A DNA stretch of 64,000 bases, from the NCBI GenBank assembly GCA_964429805.1, contig CAYSDH010000007.1, positions 7,923-71,922 on the forward strand, in the 5' to 3' direction. The position numbers were made by a program, and so were the translations under genes. This DNA comes from an uncultured Flavobacteriales bacterium. Lineage in GTDB: Bacteria; Bacteroidota; Bacteroidia; Flavobacteriales_D; JABDKJ01. How positions within the stretch are numbered: position 1 is the first letter of the stretch; each line of letters opens with the position of its first letter. Positions 47,701 through 56,814 of this stretch are shown piece after piece. The notes under the pieces were generated by a model. That model was not told where the DNA came from, did not search any database, and saw nothing but the letters and a program-made list of their open reading frames with translations.

Positions 47701-48327
47701 ATAAATAATGAGCCTGAAAGTCACGGATTAGTATCGTTTAAAATACGCCCTAACCTCGGTATTCCTTTGCTGACTGAGATTAACAACACGGCCTCCATTT
47801 TCTTTGATAACAATCCGCCCATCGTCACAAATACGACATGGAGCACCACATACGACTGCTCACTCTTTGAGGTTGACTTCACGGCCGATGGCGCGATTTT
47901 GACCGCTTCTGAAGGTGACCATTATCAGTGGTACTTAGATGGACAAGTTATCGCTGGCGCTAACGAGCAGCTCTATACTGCGCTAGAAACTGGTGACTAC
48001 TCAGTTCAAGTAGACAGTGACTTTCCTTGTTCTGGCGCAAGCGCCTCGACTTTTGTCATTATTACTTCTCTAAGCGAATTAGCTGAAGAGGGCATCTACC
48101 TCTTTCCTAATCCGATGACCGAACAGGCCATTCTTCAACTTGACGGATTTGAAAGTGCTGTGCGCATCGAGATTTTTGACGTGCAGGGACGACTGATTCG
48201 CTCTGAACAAGAAATTGGGTCAGACACCAAAGTGGTTATTCAACGTGAAGGTCTTTCTGCTGGGCAGTACATGCTCAAAGTAAGTGATGCCAGTAAAAAT
48301 CGAAACCTAATTTTTGTTGTTGACTAA
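44794..48327 (+). CDS. Large modular T9SS type-A cargo / adhesin-like surface protein (1177 aa)
   Basis: Signal MMKPLIRLAVLCSYLLCATLTYG. Two paralogous ~150-aa modules and three W-S-(S/T)-x-GDG-x-F modules. Then an SdrD-B-like start (SGMVFHDADFNSIFNGLD), a CAYDPNDK...FQNTGNAPATDV module, a HYQWYLDG Ig-like unit, and the C-terminal LFPNPMTEQAILQL...AGQYMLKV Por_Secre_tail. Confidence 0.8.
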   Translation: MMKPLIRLAVLCSYLLCATLTYGHPYSSNVALSADLPEPIANLSVNPSLPLDSCAGPDNSITLCVNASAFDLLDLIDESVQGNGMWQDGSGSGSNMFEPSAAGIGTHTFFYDVDCGGGYIATSTITVTVTNPPSAGQDLLLNPCQEPGINLFLDLEAQLIGLGANSGGQFLYSGNPNALDGMLFLNGSTFNFGQSGIGLFEFLYIVDGNGCEEDTSVVGVGVVQTIFVNAGNDTESCGGQPVIINGSVSPDMVPFQWSSSGDGSFINGSSANPEYVPGTQDYLDGQVTISISSSAQVPPSCSASNTNDSMVLTIIDNPDAGPDTSITVCGLSANLMSYFAQPNGTFTGPNGFISVDGSVSAYQYGDNVFTYSVGSGQCIDQAQITVTFLPDGDAGNDYTLTSCTEPGTAISIDIGDLLNGNENGVLSYTGNPDAIDGMPYVDGTFFSTSVYGAYEFYYVVNTPTCGIDTSLVQFTLIPAPEVDIGPDIDICCGDTVFLDASVSAGYDSLLWSSLGDGVFLDNGDTISAYVPGAVDCASGQIYITLTALDYDLTCINPGTTDALFVDVIGFALAGNDAVICGDTSYVLGGWENPDGSISWSTSGDGLFSDPSDPEATYTAGTNDLNGGPVDLVLTSITSGCTNLTDTVTLEFFNANDPICQSDVSGMVFHDADFNSIFNGLDVGLAFQTVVLEPGGYVGITNDFGQFLFEEVPVGEYTISVNFNVLFPFNTTSATVDLTVGAENPDPVLFGLSEQMLEYGICIDLYPLGNGYPCDELSNHNICFRNMSNSTIDGVVEIEYDPLFQGFAEVTPIDSAYDNKIWMSFENLQPGIMYFYDVELHTPTVDYIGEFLTSTARIWGVNQNDTVAYGEQVLELEVTCAYDPNDKQVFPIGYSDSHYIESNTELEYLIRFQNTGNAPATDVRVIDTLSADLDISTFELVANSHSVFTSIDPNTRVVDFYFQDIMLPDSINNEPESHGLVSFKIRPNLGIPLLTEINNTASIFFDNNPPIVTNTTWSTTYDCSLFEVDFTADGAILTASEGDHYQWYLDGQVIAGANEQLYTALETGDYSVQVDSDFPCSGASASTFVIITSLSELAEEGIYLFPNPMTEQAILQLDGFESAVRIEIFDVQGRLIRSEQEIGSDTKVVIQREGLSAGQYMLKVSDASKNRNLIFVVD

Positions 48328-48347
48328 CCCTAAACCCACTGCACTTT

Positions 48348-48842
48348 ATGCGATACCTGATTATACTTCTACTGATGCTATTGAGCGTCAGTGAAGCATC
48401 TGCTCAAAACCAAATTGACATTATACGTCCAGGCATATATGAGCAAAATGGACAACGTCTAAAACATCGAGACCTAAATATTAAGCTTGGCACAGGGCCC
48501 TCAAAGGGCTACTGGCTTCAGGCTAAAAACAACAAGGTAGGTTCTGACATATTTGGCGGAATAGGTGGTTTTGGACTGGGCTATGCTCTGAGCGGCTTGC
48601 TGTTTAAACCTACGAACCTTACTGAGGCGCAAGAATCATCGCGGAAGAAAACCAATCGGGCAATGCTGATTGGCGGAGGAGCGGGTGTGCTGCTGAGCAT
48701 TCCTTTTACGGCTAATTATAACAAGTATTCCAGCCTTGCTGTTACCGAGTATAATGGCACCACTCCGCTCAGTAGTCAGCACACGACTTCTTGTGTGTTT
48801 GGTTTTGGGCCTAGTGGAGCGCGATTGACTATACTCTTCTAG
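48348..48842 (+). CDS. Hypothetical secreted/outer-membrane protein
   Basis: 164-aa ORF with signal MRYLIILLLMLLSVSEASAQ, a Gly-rich hydrophobic core and C-terminal LTILF. No family recognised. Confidence 0.4.
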   Translation: MRYLIILLLMLLSVSEASAQNQIDIIRPGIYEQNGQRLKHRDLNIKLGTGPSKGYWLQAKNNKVGSDIFGGIGGFGLGYALSGLLFKPTNLTEAQESSRKKTNRAMLIGGGAGVLLSIPFTANYNKYSSLAVTEYNGTTPLSSQHTTSCVFGFGPSGARLTILF

Positions 48843-48930
48843 GTGCGCGTTATTGCGCATCTAGCATTGAGAATAAAATGTGATTAGGTTCAGGGCAGTT
48901 TAGCTGAATTGTAGAGCTAGCCCTTGCATC

Positions 48931-51819
48931 TTACAGCACCACGTTTACAATCTTCTTTGGCACCACAATCACTTTTTTAGGTGTCTTGCCTTCAAGGTAC
49001 TTAGCGCTTGCTTCTGCTGCCAGCACTGCTTCTTCTATTTCTTTTGGTGTGGCCGTAATAGGAAACTCCATCTTGAATCGCATTTTACCATTAAACGACA
49101 CCGGATAATTATGGGCATCATCTTCCAGCATGCTTGGGTCAAACACTGGCCAGTCAGCTTTTGTGACTGAACCTTCCATACCCAGCTTTTCCCACAGTTC
49201 TTCGGCAAGGTGCGGGGCATATGGTGACAACAACACAACCAAAGGCTCTAACACACTGCGGCTAGCGCACTTCTGCTGTCCTAATTCATTGACGCAAATC
49301 ATTAGCCCAGAGACTACGGTGTTAAATGAGAACCTCTCAATGTCTTCGGTGACTTTCTTTATGGTTTGATGAATAGTCTTGAGCGAAGCCTTTGACGGCT
49401 CATCACTTGACGGCTCGGCAAACAAACGAGACAGTTTTCTGAGGAAGTTATAGACTCCTGATATGCCGTTTGTGTCCCAAGGCTTGTGCTGTTCTATTGG
49501 CCCAAGGAACATCTCGTAGCAACGCAGCGTGTCGGCTCCGTATTCATCGCAAATAGTGGTGGGGTCAACCGTATTGTGATAGCGTTTTCCCATTTTTCCT
49601 TGCTCTGACTTGGTCAGAAGCCATGAGCTTTCGCCTCCACTTGAGCTAAACACTCCTTTCTGAAACACGCCTTGTCCACATTCAAAAATTGCATCTTCAT
49701 ATGCAGGCATCCACTTAGAAAACTCCATTAAGCCGTCTTGTGTCAAGTATGAATCCGGATTTCCATATTCCTTCACAAGGTCTGTTCTGACGGCAATAGG
49801 AATAAAATTCTCAAGACCGTATTTCGAAGCCGTGTCACGACACATGAAGTGAGGTACGCCATCGGTCTTTTCTTTTTTCATCATCAGGTATTCTATAACT
49901 CCGCCTATCATCCCCTGATTAATCATCTTCTTAAAGGGCTCATCAAATCCTATCAAGCCATGGTCAAAGAGCACTTTGCACCAAAAGCGTGAGTAGAGCA
50001 GGTGTCCAGTAGCGTGCTCCGCACCACCCATGTAGAGGTCTACTTGACCCCAGTAGTCGCTTTTTTCTCTGGCGCAGAATTCTCCACTATTGTTTGGGTC
50101 CATGTATCGGAGGTAGTACCAACTACTCCCCGCCCAGCCAGGCATGGTGGTTTTGTCCATGGGGGCTCCATGAAAGACTTTCCAGTCTTCCTTTTTGGCA
50201 CGCGCCAGAGGTGGCTCACCTTCTTCGGTAGGCAAGTATTTGTCTACAGACGGGAGTTCTATGACCTCATCATCTGTGAGGTAGGGCACATCATTTTTGA
50301 AGTACACTGGGAATGGCTCTCCCCAATAGCGCTGTCTGCTAAACACCGCGTTTCGCAATCGAAAGTTTACTTTGCCTTGCCCCGCTCCTTTTTCTTCTAA
50401 CTGGCTGATGGCAGCAGGAATGCCCTTTGACGCTGACATGCCATTTAGAAATGACGATGCTGTGAGCACGGCCGCTTTGTCACTACAGGCCTCTTCAGAC
50501 GTATCGACTCCTTCAAAAATTGCTGGAATAGGCAATCCGAAATGCGTGGCAAAGGCATGGTCACGCTCATCACCTGCGGGCACTGCCATGACAGCCCCTG
50601 TGCCATAGCCGGCCAACACATAGTCAGCTATCCATATTGGAATAGGTTCATTGGTAAATGGGTGAAGTGCATATGCACCAGTATCTACTCCAGTAATGTC
50701 TTTCACATTGGCCTGACGATCACGTTCGCTTTTCAGAGAAGCCTCTTTCACATACTGAGCGACAGCTTCTTTTTGAGCATCTGAAGTGATCGATTGGACC
50801 AACGGATGTTCTGGTGCAAGGACCATAAAACTGACTCCGAAAATGGTATCTGGACGTGTTGTAAATACCTCAATTCCCTGGTCCGAATTTTCAATTTTAA
50901 ACTCAACTGAGGCACCTTCTGATCGTCCAATCCAGTTTCTTTGTTGATCCTTAATCGCATCTGTCCAGTCGATTTTTTCCAGGCCATTTAGCAGTCGATC
51001 TCCGTAGGCTGTAATCCGCATTGACCATTGCATCATTTTCTTTTGAATCACAGGAAATCCACCTCGTTCTGAGAGGCCATCTTTGACCTCATCATTGGCC
51101 AATACAGTGCCTAATTCTGGGCACCAATTGACCATGGTTTCTTTGAGATAAGTCAGTCTATAATTGAGCAAGATAACCTGCTGCTGTTCCTCGGTCATGG
51201 AGGTCCAATCGGTGGCTGTAAACTCCCCAGAGAAGTGCTCACCGAAGTGAAATGCGTACTTTTCAATTGGTAACTCTTTCCACCAATCTACTTCTATTGA
51301 GGCATTTACACCATATGTTCCGTTCTTTTCAAATCTTTCAATCAACGAATCGATGCTTTCTGCCTTATCGCTGTCCAAATTGTACCAAGAGTTGTAAATC
51401 AACTTGAAAATCCACTGGGTCCATTGGTAATATTTCGGGTCAGAAGTACGCACCTCACGGTCCCAATCATAACAGAACCCAATGCGGTCTAATTGCTCTC
51501 TGTATCGGGCCACATTTTGCGCTGTAGTGATGGCTGGATGTTGACCCGTTTGAATGGCATATTGCTCGGCCGGAAGACCGAAAGAATCATAGCCCATAGG
51601 GTGCAACACATTGAACCCTTTGTGGGTCTTAAATCGTGCATAAATGTCAGAAGCGATATAGCCCAAAGGGTGACCCACATGAAGCCCTGCTCCTGAGGGA
51701 TATGGGAACATGTCGAGCACGTAGTATTTTGGCTTTTCGTTTTCGGTGGTTCGATACGTTTTATCCGTTCGCCACTTTCCTTGCCACTTGTCTTCTATCG
51801 CTTTAAAATCGTATTCCAT
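48931..51819 (-). CDS. leuS: Leucine--tRNA ligase
   Basis: 962 aa. PYPSGAGLHVGHPLGY (HIGH-type) and GKMGKRYHN (KMSKS-type). Confidence 0.95.
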   Translation of the reverse strand: MEYDFKAIEDKWQGKWRTDKTYRTTENEKPKYYVLDMFPYPSGAGLHVGHPLGYIASDIYARFKTHKGFNVLHPMGYDSFGLPAEQYAIQTGQHPAITTAQNVARYREQLDRIGFCYDWDREVRTSDPKYYQWTQWIFKLIYNSWYNLDSDKAESIDSLIERFEKNGTYGVNASIEVDWWKELPIEKYAFHFGEHFSGEFTATDWTSMTEEQQQVILLNYRLTYLKETMVNWCPELGTVLANDEVKDGLSERGGFPVIQKKMMQWSMRITAYGDRLLNGLEKIDWTDAIKDQQRNWIGRSEGASVEFKIENSDQGIEVFTTRPDTIFGVSFMVLAPEHPLVQSITSDAQKEAVAQYVKEASLKSERDRQANVKDITGVDTGAYALHPFTNEPIPIWIADYVLAGYGTGAVMAVPAGDERDHAFATHFGLPIPAIFEGVDTSEEACSDKAAVLTASSFLNGMSASKGIPAAISQLEEKGAGQGKVNFRLRNAVFSRQRYWGEPFPVYFKNDVPYLTDDEVIELPSVDKYLPTEEGEPPLARAKKEDWKVFHGAPMDKTTMPGWAGSSWYYLRYMDPNNSGEFCAREKSDYWGQVDLYMGGAEHATGHLLYSRFWCKVLFDHGLIGFDEPFKKMINQGMIGGVIEYLMMKKEKTDGVPHFMCRDTASKYGLENFIPIAVRTDLVKEYGNPDSYLTQDGLMEFSKWMPAYEDAIFECGQGVFQKGVFSSSGGESSWLLTKSEQGKMGKRYHNTVDPTTICDEYGADTLRCYEMFLGPIEQHKPWDTNGISGVYNFLRKLSRLFAEPSSDEPSKASLKTIHQTIKKVTEDIERFSFNTVVSGLMICVNELGQQKCASRSVLEPLVVLLSPYAPHLAEELWEKLGMEGSVTKADWPVFDPSMLEDDAHNYPVSFNGKMRFKMEFPITATPKEIEEAVLAAEASAKYLEGKTPKKVIVVPKKIVNVVL

Positions 51820-51947
51820 TTTTTCTCAAATCCTTAAGGCCAGCGAAGGTAAATAATCAAAAGAGGACATTCATCCACAACCGAACGTTAAGCATACTTC
51901 ACATCCATTGACGTTTGCTCACACTTCTAATCTGTACTTTCGTTTCA

Positions 51948-52826
51948 ATGTCAAAACCGGGAAGTAACATCGCGCGAAGAAGGCGCAAAGGTTCGTATCT
52001 CACCACCATCATTGGTATCTCTATGGTGCTCACTTTGCTTGGTGCTCTGGGTTTTACCTTGCTCAACGCCAAAACCCTTGACACCTACATCAGGGAGAAA
52101 ATAGAGTTGAGGGTGTTTATCAAAGATTCTGCGAAAGAGGTGGACATCTCCAAGCTTCAAAAGTCTATCGACTCTGCGCCTAGCACACACATCACTGAGT
52201 TTGTGTCAAAAGAGCAGGCGGCAAAGATTCAAATTGACCAGAATGGTCAAAACTTCATGGAGTTTTTAGATGGCTACAATCCACTGCCGGCAACTATCGT
52301 ACTGCGCCTAAAGGCCGACTACATGAGTCCAGACAGTGTGGCGTGGATCAGTCAAGAACTTGAAGAGGTGCCTATAGTCAGAGAGGTGGCCTCGCCACCT
52401 GACCTTATCGAGGCGGTGCATGGCAACATGAACAAGCTGGGCTTTATACTGCTGGGAATCAGTCTATTTCTGCTGCTCATCGCGTTTATGATGATTAATA
52501 ACACCATACGTCTCGCCATGTACTCCAAGCGCTTCTTAATACGAAGCATGCAGCTAGTCGGGGCGACTAGAGGCTTTATACAGCGGCCTTTTTTATGGCA
52601 GGGAATCATTCAGGGCCTTGTAAGCGGCATCATTGCCATGGGCGCCATTTTGGGACTGGTTTATTTCTTAAAAGATTATGTTCCGGAGGGTATAGATCTG
52701 ATGAACACCGCATTGCTTCTCAAGTTATTTGGAGCAACAGTGCTCACAGGTATATTAATCGCCTTCTTTTCTACTATGTTTGCAGTGAATAAGTACATTG
52801 GCATGGAGCTAGATGAACTGTATTAA
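51948..52826 (+). CDS. ftsX: Cell-division protein FtsX-like permease
   Basis: Start at ATG 51948 (MSKPGSNIARRRRKGSYLTTIIG). FtsX topology: TM1, periplasmic domain, three C-terminal TMs. Confidence 0.8.
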   Translation: MSKPGSNIARRRRKGSYLTTIIGISMVLTLLGALGFTLLNAKTLDTYIREKIELRVFIKDSAKEVDISKLQKSIDSAPSTHITEFVSKEQAAKIQIDQNGQNFMEFLDGYNPLPATIVLRLKADYMSPDSVAWISQELEEVPIVREVASPPDLIEAVHGNMNKLGFILLGISLFLLLIAFMMINNTIRLAMYSKRFLIRSMQLVGATRGFIQRPFLWQGIIQGLVSGIIAMGAILGLVYFLKDYVPEGIDLMNTALLLKLFGATVLTGILIAFFSTMFAVNKYIGMELDELY

Positions 52827-52834
52827 AAAATCCA

Positions 52835-53092
52835 ATGAAAGAATTTGACGACATCGTTGAGGCCAGCACTGAAGAGACTTTCAGTCAAGGGAAGAACAAT
52901 TACCGCTTGATGATTATTGGGCTAGTAATCGTTGCAATCGGATTCGCACTGATGGCCGGAGGACGGAGTGATGATCCAAATGTCTTCAACCCAGAGATTT
53001 TCAATACTCAGCGCATTACAATCGCTCCACTGACTGTGCTCTTTGGGTACATGTTTATTATCTACGCCATTTTAGTTAAGCCAAAAGGCTGA
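52835..53092 (+). CDS. DUF3098-family small membrane protein
   Basis: 85 aa, two TMs. Sits between ftsX and uppP, where I recall DUF3098 genes sitting in other Bacteroidota. Confidence 0.6.
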   Translation: MKEFDDIVEASTEETFSQGKNNYRLMIIGLVIVAIGFALMAGGRSDDPNVFNPEIFNTQRITIAPLTVLFGYMFIIYAILVKPKG

Positions 53093-53129
53093 CATCATCT
53101 CCCCCGCTCTTCTGAGCAATACTCGAATC

Positions 53130-53918
53130 ATGGGAATTCTAGAAGCAATTATACTCGGCATCATCCAAGGACTTACCGAGTTCCTGCCAGTAAGTAGTAG
53201 TGGACACATTGAGCTTGCCCAAGCATTGATGCCGGGCACACAAGTGGAGGAAGACATGCTCATGACTGTCGTGCTTCACGCGGCAACAGCGCTCAGCACC
53301 ATTGTCATTTTCAGAAAAGACATCCTGGATATTCTCAAGGGTTTGTTTCAATTCAAGATGAACGAACAAACCTCGTTTAGTCTGAAGATTATTTTGTCTA
53401 TGATTCCGGCTGCATTTGTTGGCCTGGTGTGGGAAGACGCCATAGAAAATCTGTTTTCAAGCAACATCCTTTTGGTGGGTTGCATGCTTCTAGTCACTGG
53501 GCTACTCCTCTTCTTAGCAGACCGAGCGAAAAACACGGACAAAAACGTGGGCTTTGGGGCTGCGCTCATTGTGGGTATTGCACAAGCTATTGCCATTCTG
53601 CCTGGTATATCGCGCTCGGGGGCCACCATCTCCACATCAGTATTGCTCGGAGTGGATAGAACTCGTGCAGCACGATTTTCGTTTTTGATGGTCGTGCCAC
53701 TGATACTAGGCAAAATGGCCAAAGACATACTAGATGGCGCACTTACTGCACCTAATGTAGACGCAGTCTCCTTAAGTGCTGGTTTTATTGCCGCCTTTCT
53801 CACTGGACTGCTCGCCTGTACGTGGATGATCAAGCTCGTCAAGCGAAGTAAGCTGTCTTGGTTTGCTATCTATTGCTTTATTATTGGAGCTATCGCCATT
53901 ACTTGGAGTCTCGCATGA
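53130..53918 (+). CDS. uppP: Undecaprenyl-diphosphate phosphatase
   Basis: GIIQGLTEFLPVSSSGH and PGISRSGATI motifs. Confidence 0.9.
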   Translation: MGILEAIILGIIQGLTEFLPVSSSGHIELAQALMPGTQVEEDMLMTVVLHAATALSTIVIFRKDILDILKGLFQFKMNEQTSFSLKIILSMIPAAFVGLVWEDAIENLFSSNILLVGCMLLVTGLLLFLADRAKNTDKNVGFGAALIVGIAQAIAILPGISRSGATISTSVLLGVDRTRAARFSFLMVVPLILGKMAKDILDGALTAPNVDAVSLSAGFIAAFLTGLLACTWMIKLVKRSKLSWFAIYCFIIGAIAITWSLA

Positions 53919-54646
53919 TCATTGGCAAAGAGCACATTGGCTCGCTCAAAGAAGTTGACTTTGCAGCAGGCACGGCCATCTTAGTCAACAAACCTCTGAA
54001 CTGGACCTCCTTTCATGTGGTAAACAAGTTTCGCTGGGTCATACGCAGACACCTTGGTCTTAAGAAGTTTAAAATTGGTCATGCGGGCACCCTCGACCCG
54101 CTCGCCTCTGGACTACTCATACTCTGCACAGGTGCTTGGACTAAGAGAATGACCGATTTTCAAGGTTTGGGCAAGCGATATACTGGAGAGATGACACTCG
54201 GTGCTACAAGACCCTCTTATGACATGGAGACGGAAATAGATCAGACCTTTCCGACCGAACATATTACGCCAGAACTCATCGAGTCTATTCGCGAAAACTT
54301 CATTGGCGAATTCATGCAGATGCCTCCCATATTTTCTGCAAAACAGATAGGAGGGCAGCGGGCATATGACCTCGCCAGAGCTGGAAAAGAGGTAAAGGTT
54401 TTGCCAAATCCGGTGCATATTTCATCATTAACATTTGACGACAACAACCTGCCTGTGCTGGGCTTTGATGTGTCATGTGGTAAAGGCACCTACATCAGGT
54501 CCTTGGCTTATGATGTGGGTAAAGCCTTAGAATCAGGGGCTTACCTGTCACTGCTATGCCGAGAGTCAATTGGTGAGCATCTATTAGAAAATGCCTTAGA
54601 GATTGCCCAATTCGAAGAGGAATTGCTTGGCTCTACTTCTTTGTAA
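53915..54646 (+). CDS. truB: tRNA pseudouridine(55) synthase
   Basis: GHAGTLDPLASG catalytic motif. Start placed at ATG 53915, overlapping the uppP stop (ATGA). Confidence 0.9.
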   Translation: MIIGKEHIGSLKEVDFAAGTAILVNKPLNWTSFHVVNKFRWVIRRHLGLKKFKIGHAGTLDPLASGLLILCTGAWTKRMTDFQGLGKRYTGEMTLGATRPSYDMETEIDQTFPTEHITPELIESIRENFIGEFMQMPPIFSAKQIGGQRAYDLARAGKEVKVLPNPVHISSLTFDDNNLPVLGFDVSCGKGTYIRSLAYDVGKALESGAYLSLLCRESIGEHLLENALEIAQFEEELLGSTSL

Positions 54647-54701
54647 ATCCTTTGCGGAGTCGTACTTTCGCGGGCCGAATCCTTAAAATTCCACTGCTTC
54701 G

Positions 54702-55760
54702 ATGAAAATGAAATTGTCACAGTTCAAGCTGAAGATGCCTAAGACGCGTATTGCGGATTATCCAGTTGAGAACAGAGACGAGTCGCGTCTCATGGTGTTG
54801 CACCGCGACACTGGAAAAATTGAGCACAAACAGTTCAAAGACATCCTTGACTACTTTGATGAAGGTGATGTCATGGTGATGAACAACACGAAAGTATTCC
54901 CTGCACGACTCTACGGGAACAAAGAAAAAACTGGAGCCAAGATTGAGGTTTTCCTCCTGAGAGAGCTCAATCATGAGAGCCTTCTATGGGATGTACTTGT
55001 TGATCCAGCAAGAAAAATTCGTATCGGTAACAAGCTTTACTTCGGTGACGATGAAAATGAGTTGGTGGCTGAGGTGATAGACAACACCACTTCACGTGGG
55101 CGCACACTTCGCTTCTTGCATGATGGGCCTTATGAAGACTTCCGCACCCAGCTAGAAAGCATGGGCGAGATGCCGATTCCTAAGTACATCGGACGTCCAG
55201 CTGAAGAGCTTGACATAGACCGTTATCAAACGATCTACTCAAAGCATGAGGGCGCTGTTGCAGCACCGACTGCTGGTCTTCACTTTAGCCGTGAGTTGCT
55301 GAAGAAACTAGAGATAAAAGGAATTGACTTTGCTGAATTGACACTACACGTAGGACTTGGAACTTTCCGTCCGGTAGAGGTAGAAGACATCACAAAGCAT
55401 AAGATGGATTCTGAGCAAATCATCGTCCCAGCTGAAACTGCTGAGCGTGTGACTAAGGCAAAGAAGAGCAAGCAGAAGGTGTGTGTTGTAGGAACAACAT
55501 CAATGCGTGCTGTTGAGTCATCAGTGAGCACAGAGGGCACTCTAAAGCCTTTTGATGGATGGACGAATAAGTTTATCTACCCTCCTTATGACTTTTCAAT
55601 TGCTGACGCCATGATTACGAACTTCCATATGCCAGAAAGCACATTGCTAATGATGGTGTGTGCCTTTGGTGGATATGATAAAGTGATGAAGGCGTATAAA
55701 TCAGCACTTAAAGAAGGGTATCGCTTCTTGTCTTATGGAGACGCGATGCTTATCATCTGA
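54702..55760 (+). CDS. queA: S-adenosylmethionine:tRNA ribosyltransferase-isomerase
   Basis: LSQF...LP...IA..P...RD.SRLMVL N-terminus, [16 protein letters not shown]. Confidence 0.92.
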   Translation: MKMKLSQFKLKMPKTRIADYPVENRDESRLMVLHRDTGKIEHKQFKDILDYFDEGDVMVMNNTKVFPARLYGNKEKTGAKIEVFLLRELNHESLLWDVLVDPARKIRIGNKLYFGDDENELVAEVIDNTTSRGRTLRFLHDGPYEDFRTQLESMGEMPIPKYIGRPAEELDIDRYQTIYSKHEGAVAAPTAGLHFSRELLKKLEIKGIDFAELTLHVGLGTFRPVEVEDITKHKMDSEQIIVPAETAERVTKAKKSKQKVCVVGTTSMRAVESSVSTEGTLKPFDGWTNKFIYPPYDFSIADAMITNFHMPESTLLMMVCAFGGYDKVMKAYKSALKEGYRFLSYGDAMLII

Positions 55761-55773
55761 TTAGTCAAACTCG

Positions 55774-56814
55774 GTGGGCGCTGAGAAAGTAGATATACGG
55801 GCGCTGACTCAGGTTGAGCTTATTGACTTTTTTAAGTCGATTGGTGAGCCCAAATACAGGGCTGACCAAGTGTACAAGTGGTTGTGGCAGAAATCTGTGA
55901 AAGATTTTGACGCCATGACAAACCTCTCTCTTCCCGTTAGAACAAAACTGAAGGACACTTTTGTCATCAGAGAACTGCGCATCTCCGACCAACAGGTCAG
56001 TAATGACGGTACGGTAAAGTATGCCTTTGAAATGCATGATGGCCGTGTGGTTGAAGGGGTGTTGATACCCACTGAAAAACGCATGACTGCCTGCATCTCT
56101 TCGCAAGTTGGGTGCAGTCTCGCCTGCGCATTTTGTGCCACTGGCCAGCTCAAGCGGATGCGCAATCTGGCTTATTCTGAGATATATGACCAAGTGGTTG
56201 AAATCAACCGAGAGGCCCAGGAGCGTTATGGAAAGTCGTTGACTAACATAGTCTACATGGGTATGGGTGAGCCGCTGCTCAACTATAAGAACACCATGGA
56301 GTCTGTAGCCAAGATAACTGGAGAAGACAGTCTTAACATGGCCTCAAGACGCATCACAGTATCTACAGCGGGTATTGCAAAGCAAATCCGTCAACTTGGT
56401 GATGATGAGATAAAGTTTAACCTGGCACTTTCGCTGCACGCGGCTAATGATGAGAAGCGCAGCAAGATGATGGCTATTAATGACAGCAACAACCTAGATA
56501 GTCTGGCTGATGCGCTCAATTACTATTACCGCAAGACCAAGAACACGGTGACTTTTGAGTACATCATATTCAAGGACATAAACGACTCTATAGATGATGC
56601 GAAGGACCTGCTCGCTTTCTGTAAACGCGTGCCGAGTAAGGTCAACATTATAGAATACAACACCGTAGAAGGCACCGAGTTTAGAAAAGCCGATGAGACT
56701 AAAGTGGACCGTTTTCAGACCTACCTTGAGTCACACGGTGTCATCGCCAAAGTGAGGCGTAGTAGAGGAAAAGACATTGATGCCGCTTGCGGTCAGCTGG
56801 CAAACAAAACGTGA
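55774..56814 (+). CDS. rlmN: 23S rRNA (adenine2503-C2)-methyltransferase, radical SAM
   Basis: YRADQVYKWLW N-terminus and CxxxCxxC cluster CSLACAFC. GTG start. Confidence 0.9.
   Translation: MGAEKVDIRALTQVELIDFFKSIGEPKYRADQVYKWLWQKSVKDFDAMTNLSLPVRTKLKDTFVIRELRISDQQVSNDGTVKYAFEMHDGRVVEGVLIPTEKRMTACISSQVGCSLACAFCATGQLKRMRNLAYSEIYDQVVEINREAQERYGKSLTNIVYMGMGEPLLNYKNTMESVAKITGEDSLNMASRRITVSTAGIAKQIRQLGDDEIKFNLALSLHAANDEKRSKMMAINDSNNLDSLADALNYYYRKTKNTVTFEYIIFKDINDSIDDAKDLLAFCKRVPSKVNIIEYNTVEGTEFRKADETKVDRFQTYLESHGVIAKVRRSRGKDIDAACGQLANKT

Noticed and set aside
48843-48930. Possible bidirectional terminator hairpin (TGCGC-GTTATT-GCGCA) between the 164-aa gene and leuS
   Set aside because: Only a 5-bp stem with no flanking T/A tracts, which is too weak to call. 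The same holds for the TGGCG...CGCCA pair near 38921..38938.
53348-53842. 164-aa antisense ORF inside uppP; also 55765..56193 and 55809..56165 antisense to rlmN, 3872..4413 antisense to the deacylase, and similar long opposite-strand ORFs
   Set aside because: Each is fully contained in a strongly supported conserved gene on the other strand and has Ser/Arg/Leu-rich shadow composition.
54647-54701. Looked for a preQ1-type riboswitch ahead of queA, SAM or T-box-type leaders ahead of the PLP enzyme and the tRNA ligase genes
   Set aside because: The leaders are only 40-60 nt and show no recognisable conserved riboswitch cores. queA is not a typical preQ1-riboswitch target.
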